Shown here: positions 50,274 to 55,619 of the stretch, one piece after another | How the letters are laid out: the number at the start of each line of letters is the position of its first letter | How positions within the stretch are numbered: position 1 is the stretch's first letter | Assembly: GCF_001194135.2 (NCBI RefSeq) | Contig: NC_068987.1 | Coordinates: 33,107,144-33,162,762, forward strand | Direction: 5' to 3' | DNA: 55,619 bases | From: Octopus bimaculoides | Lineage: Eukaryota | Notes under the pieces: model-generated | Told to the model about the DNA's origin: nothing | What the model saw: the letters and a program-made list of their open reading frames with translations, nothing else | Databases searched by the model: none | Program-made: the position numbers and the translations under genes

Positions 50274-51299
50274 CACACACACATACACACTCACACATGT
50301 ATGGTGTCTGATCAGAGGTCTCTGAAATCCGAGGTACTACTGTATATAAATACACTTACACACGCGCGCGCAAACACACGCACACACACACACACACGTA
50401 TGCATGTAATTGAATCAGAAAGATGGTTACACACAAGTGTATGACTACTATCCAAAATGGATAATTATATTATCTTTGTGTGTAGTATAGAAAACAATAC
50501 ACAAAACTTATTCGCACGAGCATGATAATATACAACTGTTCCTGAAGTACATCAATGAGTATAGCAGATAGAAGGGCAAATGTTTCCCAAATATATTGCA
50601 TTCGACTCAAGTTACCACTAGGAACTGATGAATTCTTTGTTGACATACAAGTAAAAATATACAACGTTCCAGAAAACAGCTTTTCTTTCACTGGAACGGT
50701 CGACACTAATGTAATGCAAGAAACGACCATGTGATTCAGGAAAATATTGAGTTGAGACACACACACAGAAAAAAATCGAGGATTAGAATTATAATAAATG
50801 ACCTGTCGAAAACGAATACTTTGTTTCTCTACTCATATTTTACACGTGAACCAAACTTTCAATGTGGCATATTATATACATATCCATGAAAAGTGGAAGC
50901 GTTTATTTAACAGAAAGCAATAGATCTTACCTTCCAGCTGAGACAGGGTCTCATAGCATTTTGCTTATAGAAAACCCTGCAATCACAAAAAGTAAAATAA
51001 TTATACAAATTGTAACAAACCGATATACTGAAAAATAAATACAAAAGAAAAAAATGCCAAATCATACTTGTTTTGAAAATTTGAAATACATATAAAGGAA
51101 GCTTTCTCATGCTTACTACAGCATGAAGTTGTTTTAGATTAATCATATAAGTGACTGTCGCCTTCAAAATACGAAAGAAGTGCCAGGCCTTTTATCATAA
51201 AAACAATGTTTCGGAAAAATGGCAAAAAGCCAGAATAGAAATGTTAAACACCGAAAACTGTAATATCCGTTCCAGCCCTAAGAAGAAGTAGATAAAACA

Positions 51300-52100
51300 C
51301 TAATGAAAATAGAGAATGGTAAAATCATACAGGACAAAATGAATATAAAGAGGTTTCAATATTAAATAAGTCACAGATGTTACCAATCAGTACCCAAAAC
51401 TAAGAGAAAGATGTTTTGAAACTTATCTTCCCATTTTCACAATACAAAGGCAATGTCAGAAATTCCAGATACTGTAGCTAATGCGTGAGGGGAGAACAGA
51501 GAAAATGTAATAAAGGAATGAGACACTAGAAAGCGCATGTCGTATTTCGGTACAGATGGTATTAACACATAGGTCATAGTGGCAAGACATATATTTATCA
51601 TAAACTGGAATACAAATATGACTAAAAAACTGGACACGTTGCTGGTAATCCCATTCCGTAACAACTAACCGGATAACACATGCAAACTATAGCAGTATTT
51701 GTCTATAGAAGACTATTGAAGTGTTTTTATATATCCTTCTTGCCAATATAAAAGTCATAACGGAAGACATGACAGGAAAGAGATATTTCGGATTTAAATT
51801 AGTAGAAGTAGAGCTGAAACAGATATGACAATGAAAAAGCAAAAGAACACTAACTGTTCTAATTTATTAACTTCGATATGCTCTGTCTTAGGGCCAAGCA
51901 GGACATGAGGAGATCAATTGTTATAGACTACAACACATTGGAGATTATCGAAGAGCTGATCAACAATATCCAGAGTACTGGCGTCAACGGACTGACTGCG
52001 GGTATGAAAAGTAATATTCTTAAGATTATAAACCTGGAAATGTGCAGGACAGGTTATTACACCTGTAAAAGTATAGGTCAAACTATTACTTCAAGTAAAG
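51300..52100 (+). mobile_element. Possible very old RTE-like LINE remnant
   Basis: EIIEELINNIQSTGVNGLTAGMKSNILKIINLEMCRTGY resembles the pre-RT KSxGxDGITAE motif. No other clear motif was found. Confidence 0.35.
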
Positions 52101-52949
52101 TTAAGAATAAGAAACTTTTTACTTCGAATATTGCAGCAGAGAATGCCAGTTCTTGTAATTCATCACTCTTTACAGTTCTCATCTTTTAAATTTATTGTAC
52201 AAAACTGTTCATCTAGTTTGTAAGTTTGTTTAACTTGTCACTTTTTCTGTATTTGAGATAGTAGATTAACCAAATTCTACTGAAAGAAGTATAATGTTAT
52301 TTCTAAACTAAAATACAAAATATTTTGATATTCAAACTTTAATTTTAGCTGCAATATTTTAAATAAAAAAGTTTCTTATTCTTTACTTTACTTGAAGTAA
52401 TAATTTGTCTTATACTTTTTCAGGAGTAATAACTTGTCCTGTACTTTTCCAGTTTTATAATCTTAAGAATATTACTTTTCATGCTCGCATTTTTCCATGT
52501 AATCCATGATTTCTCCTGGCATTACTGTTATAAGATAATTAATAATGTGTCAATTAAATAAGTTAGGATTTTACCTTATAAAATACTGGGTATGGGGATA
52601 CATTGGCTGCTATTTTTCGCGTATCGATCGACCAGGTATAGGCTCTTTCATTGGTTTGATTGCGTGATGAGATTGTTTTACATATATATGTATAATGTGC
52701 ATATATATCATCGGCAGAAGTTAGAGTAAGTCAAAACCTGAGAGTTTCCTGTATTGGCACTTATCAAACACGAATGTGTCCATTGTCACTATCTAACTTG
52801 TAACGAAATAATTTCTAAAATACAAAATTTTGTCAAAAACGTTCAGAGGAAACCCTGTTATATTTGACACATTGGACCAGTATCGGAAGTTTCAAAGTGT
52901 TTAGTTAAAATAAAAAATATATATATAATGTATGCGTCAAATTGAATAG

Positions 52950-53075
52950 ATCCGAAATGGATAAAAAGCAAAGTCGACCTCAGCAGAATTTGAACTCAAA
53001 ACATAAACACAGGCGAAATACTGTGATATATTTCGCCCAGTTTGCTAACGTTTCTACCAGCTCGCTGCCGTAGAA
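52950..53075 (-). mobile_element. SINE family 1, 5' half
   Basis: aaagcaaagtcgacctcagcagaatttgaactc...gctaacgtttctaccagctcgc. Confidence 0.8.
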
Positions 53076-53160
53076 CACGCGTATTCATTCATTTTAGCAA
53101 TATATTCTTTAATAGGAGAGTATTGTAGTTCCCTTGAAGCAATGTATATTGTTTGTAAAG

Positions 53161-53267
53161 AATAAAAAGTTTTGAATGGTACAACAATGCACTATGTTAC
53201 AAATAATGGGCTATATACCTGTTGTAATTTACATAATGCATTGTTGTACCATTCAAAACTTTTTATT
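53161..53267. repeat. 107-bp near-perfect hairpin
   Basis: aataaaaagttttgaatggtacaacaatgca (31 bp) is perfectly inverted at 53237-53267. Confidence 0.95.
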
Positions 53268-53884
53268 TTTTATATTCTTTAATGTTCTTATTGATAATCG
53301 TTACTTCCTTACTCTCTTACGCGAAATTTTGTGGTATTTCACGCCATAACGTTTCTTCTAATTTTTGTTCAATGCGACTGCCTAACAAAAGTATACTTTT
53401 ATTTTAAAATTAAAAATTTTATGTTAATTTAAGGTGAATGTGTACCTTACTGCCCCCTTGAGGTCGCAGATATTTTGATGTAACTTTTTTTTTCTACTGA
53501 ACCAAATCTCAAACTATTTATGCCAAAGTGTAGCTGAAGAGATGTCCTCTTTAAAACTGTTAACAGTTTGTAATTTAGTTGAGAACTGTGAAGCTTGGAA
53601 GCTGCTATGATTGACGAAATGGTGGAATTAAGAATATATTCAACCACTACCGTTGTTGTATGATAAATATGTGTATTTACGTGCGCGCATACACGCACGC
53701 ACGTACACAGACACACACACACGCACTCACGCGCGCGCACGCATACACACGTAGACACACTCTCCCAGAAACATATAGAGAGAAATAAAACAGTAGAGTT
53801 TGAAGGTATACAACTAAGACAAAAAAAAAATCTCTTAATTTTTGTGGAGTTGATCTTTATTTAGATTAATGTTATGATCAGCAT

Positions 53885-54100
53885 AAGGCAGCATGCAGGC
53901 AGATTTGTTAGCACAGCGAACACAATGCTTACAAACATTCTGTTTGTCGTCACTTTCTGAGTTCAAATTCTGCCGAGGTCGACTTTCTCTTTCATCCTTT
54001 CGGGGTAGATAAGTTAAGTACCAGTTGAGTACTGGGATCAATGGAATCGACAAATACCCTCCACTAAACGTGCTGGCTTTGTGCCTAAATTTAAAACCAA
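53885..54100 (+). mobile_element. SINE family 1 copy
   Basis: ctgagttcaaattctgccgaggtcgactttctctttcatcctttcggggtagataagttaagtaccag...gctggctttgtgcctaaattt. Confidence 0.85.
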
Positions 54101-54324
54101 ACTTATGATTAGAATAGCATTACTTAAATATTCAGGGATGAAAATTTGACAGGGTTGATAATCATGGTGCTTGGTTCTGACAAAAACAAGTTTGAAACAT
54201 CAGGAGAGTTTTCCTCACTACTATTTAATTTTAAGTAATGTCATTTTGGCTTAATATGTTAATATGAACACATTGTTACACATCTATTTCAAGTCATGTA
54301 ACACGCATTACAATGTATAGAGCA

Positions 54325-54500
54325 ACAAACTAGCAGAATCGTCACAACGTATTTACGTCCCGAGTTCAATTTCCGCCGAGCTCAACTTTACCTTTCATCT
54401 TTTCAGGGTTTCTAAAATAAATACCAGTTAAGTGCTGATGTTGATTTAATCGACTCAGGCCCCTCACCCGAAACTGCTGGCCTTGTGCCAAAATTTGAAG
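54325..54500 (+). mobile_element. SINE family 1 copy, degraded
   Basis: gagttcaatttccgccgag...ctttacctttcatcttttcaggg...gctggccttgtgccaaaatttgaa. Confidence 0.75.
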
Positions 54501-54925
54501 CTAGAATGTATTACAATGTATTTTAAACATTGCAAACATTTTCTATTGTAAATCTCAGTAGGCTGGATAGAAGGGATAGATATGTTTATGAGTCGATCAT
54601 TTAACTAACCAATCTGATTTCCGCCATAACCTAGACGGAAGGTGAAACTCAGAATAGACTGTCATATGGACGTCTACGCATGTGTACTCACTCAGGTGCG
54701 TGCGCAAGGACAGAAAAACACGGACACAATCAAATACACACAGGCATATGCTTTTGCTTACATGAAATATTGCGTTGTGTTATGGAATACATAGAAAAGT
54801 AACGGTGCCAGTCAGTCTTTGAATTCCAAACATGGAATAAAATGGTACGAAGAAAATTTGAACACAACACTAGACATTGCTTCTAATTCCACCGTAAAAA
54901 TATACAATTTATATATAATTATATA

Positions 54926-54995
<70 letters not shown>
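54926..54995. repeat. (TCTA)n microsatellite
   Basis: Direct reading. Confidence 0.98.
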
Positions 54996-55587
54996 GTAGC
55001 TAGCTTGCTAGCTATATGCATACACATGCACACACGTACACAAACACATACGCACACACACACATGTATATGTCTTCAGCATGTGAGATCTAGAGATGCT
55101 AAATATAGAAACTATGTAGTAGTGATCAAATGAATTAAAGAGCGAAGTCTTTAAAGAGGATTAGGTCCACGGTATAAAGAGTCGTGATACTTAGACAGAT
55201 ATGTAGAAAACCACGAATAGGCTTGATATATATAAATACACATACATACATATACAAATGCAAATATCAACACTACCGGTTATCAAGAGGAATTAATCTT
55301 CTGTCTACGCTCCTTTGCGCCACATGGGTTCAACTCTCCTCTTCTCTTCATTTGACCCCCCCCCCCTCTCCTCTCTCCAACCGATACCTACTTCCTCTCT
55401 TCATTCCTACCACTTCTTCTCTCCTCACTGATACACCTCAACCCACACCATCCCTACCATCACACTTACATCCCTACTCCTATCCCCACACAACCACTGA
55501 CACCACCACCCACATCCCCACATCCCCAGGCACACCCTCATATTTCACATCCTACCCAACATCCCCACCCCACACAGTGATTTTGGC

Positions 55588-55619
<32 letters not shown>

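Noticed and set aside
1488-50311. Dozens of ORF-track entries rich in YI, HT, CV, LS, RE or X
   Set aside because: They are translations of (TA)n, (CA)n, (GA)n and (TCTA)n microsatellites or of N-gaps, not genes.

Overview
AT-rich, repeat-dense metazoan genomic DNA with 13 N-gaps (about 2.9 kb in total), nearly all flanked by microsatellites. The SINE families present look like those of octopus, so this is probably an Octopus draft scaffold; that is inferred from recalled repeat families, not from a search. I found no intact, recognisable host protein-coding gene. Nearly all ORF-track entries are microsatellite or gap artefacts, or transposon remnants. The window is a layered transposon graveyard: one RTE LINE remnant and a second weak one, a Tx1/L1-clade LINE remnant, four mariner remnants (one DD34D with TIRs), two DD37D (maT) remnants, a Tc1/mariner MITE, a Helitron-like element and many tRNA-derived SINEs from at least three families, several with target-site duplications. 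The most unusual items are (1) two dispersed copies of a Penelope-type repeat carrying a minimal hammerhead-ribozyme fold with a non-canonical core, (2) a ~1.9 kb imperfect palindrome built from an A-B-A tandem unit, (3) several near-perfect hairpins, one shaped like a pre-miRNA, (4) closely spaced inverted repeats that would form long dsRNA if transcribed, and (5) a few isolated candidate exons. All coordinates were read by eye and may be off by a few bases; alignments and folds were not computed.
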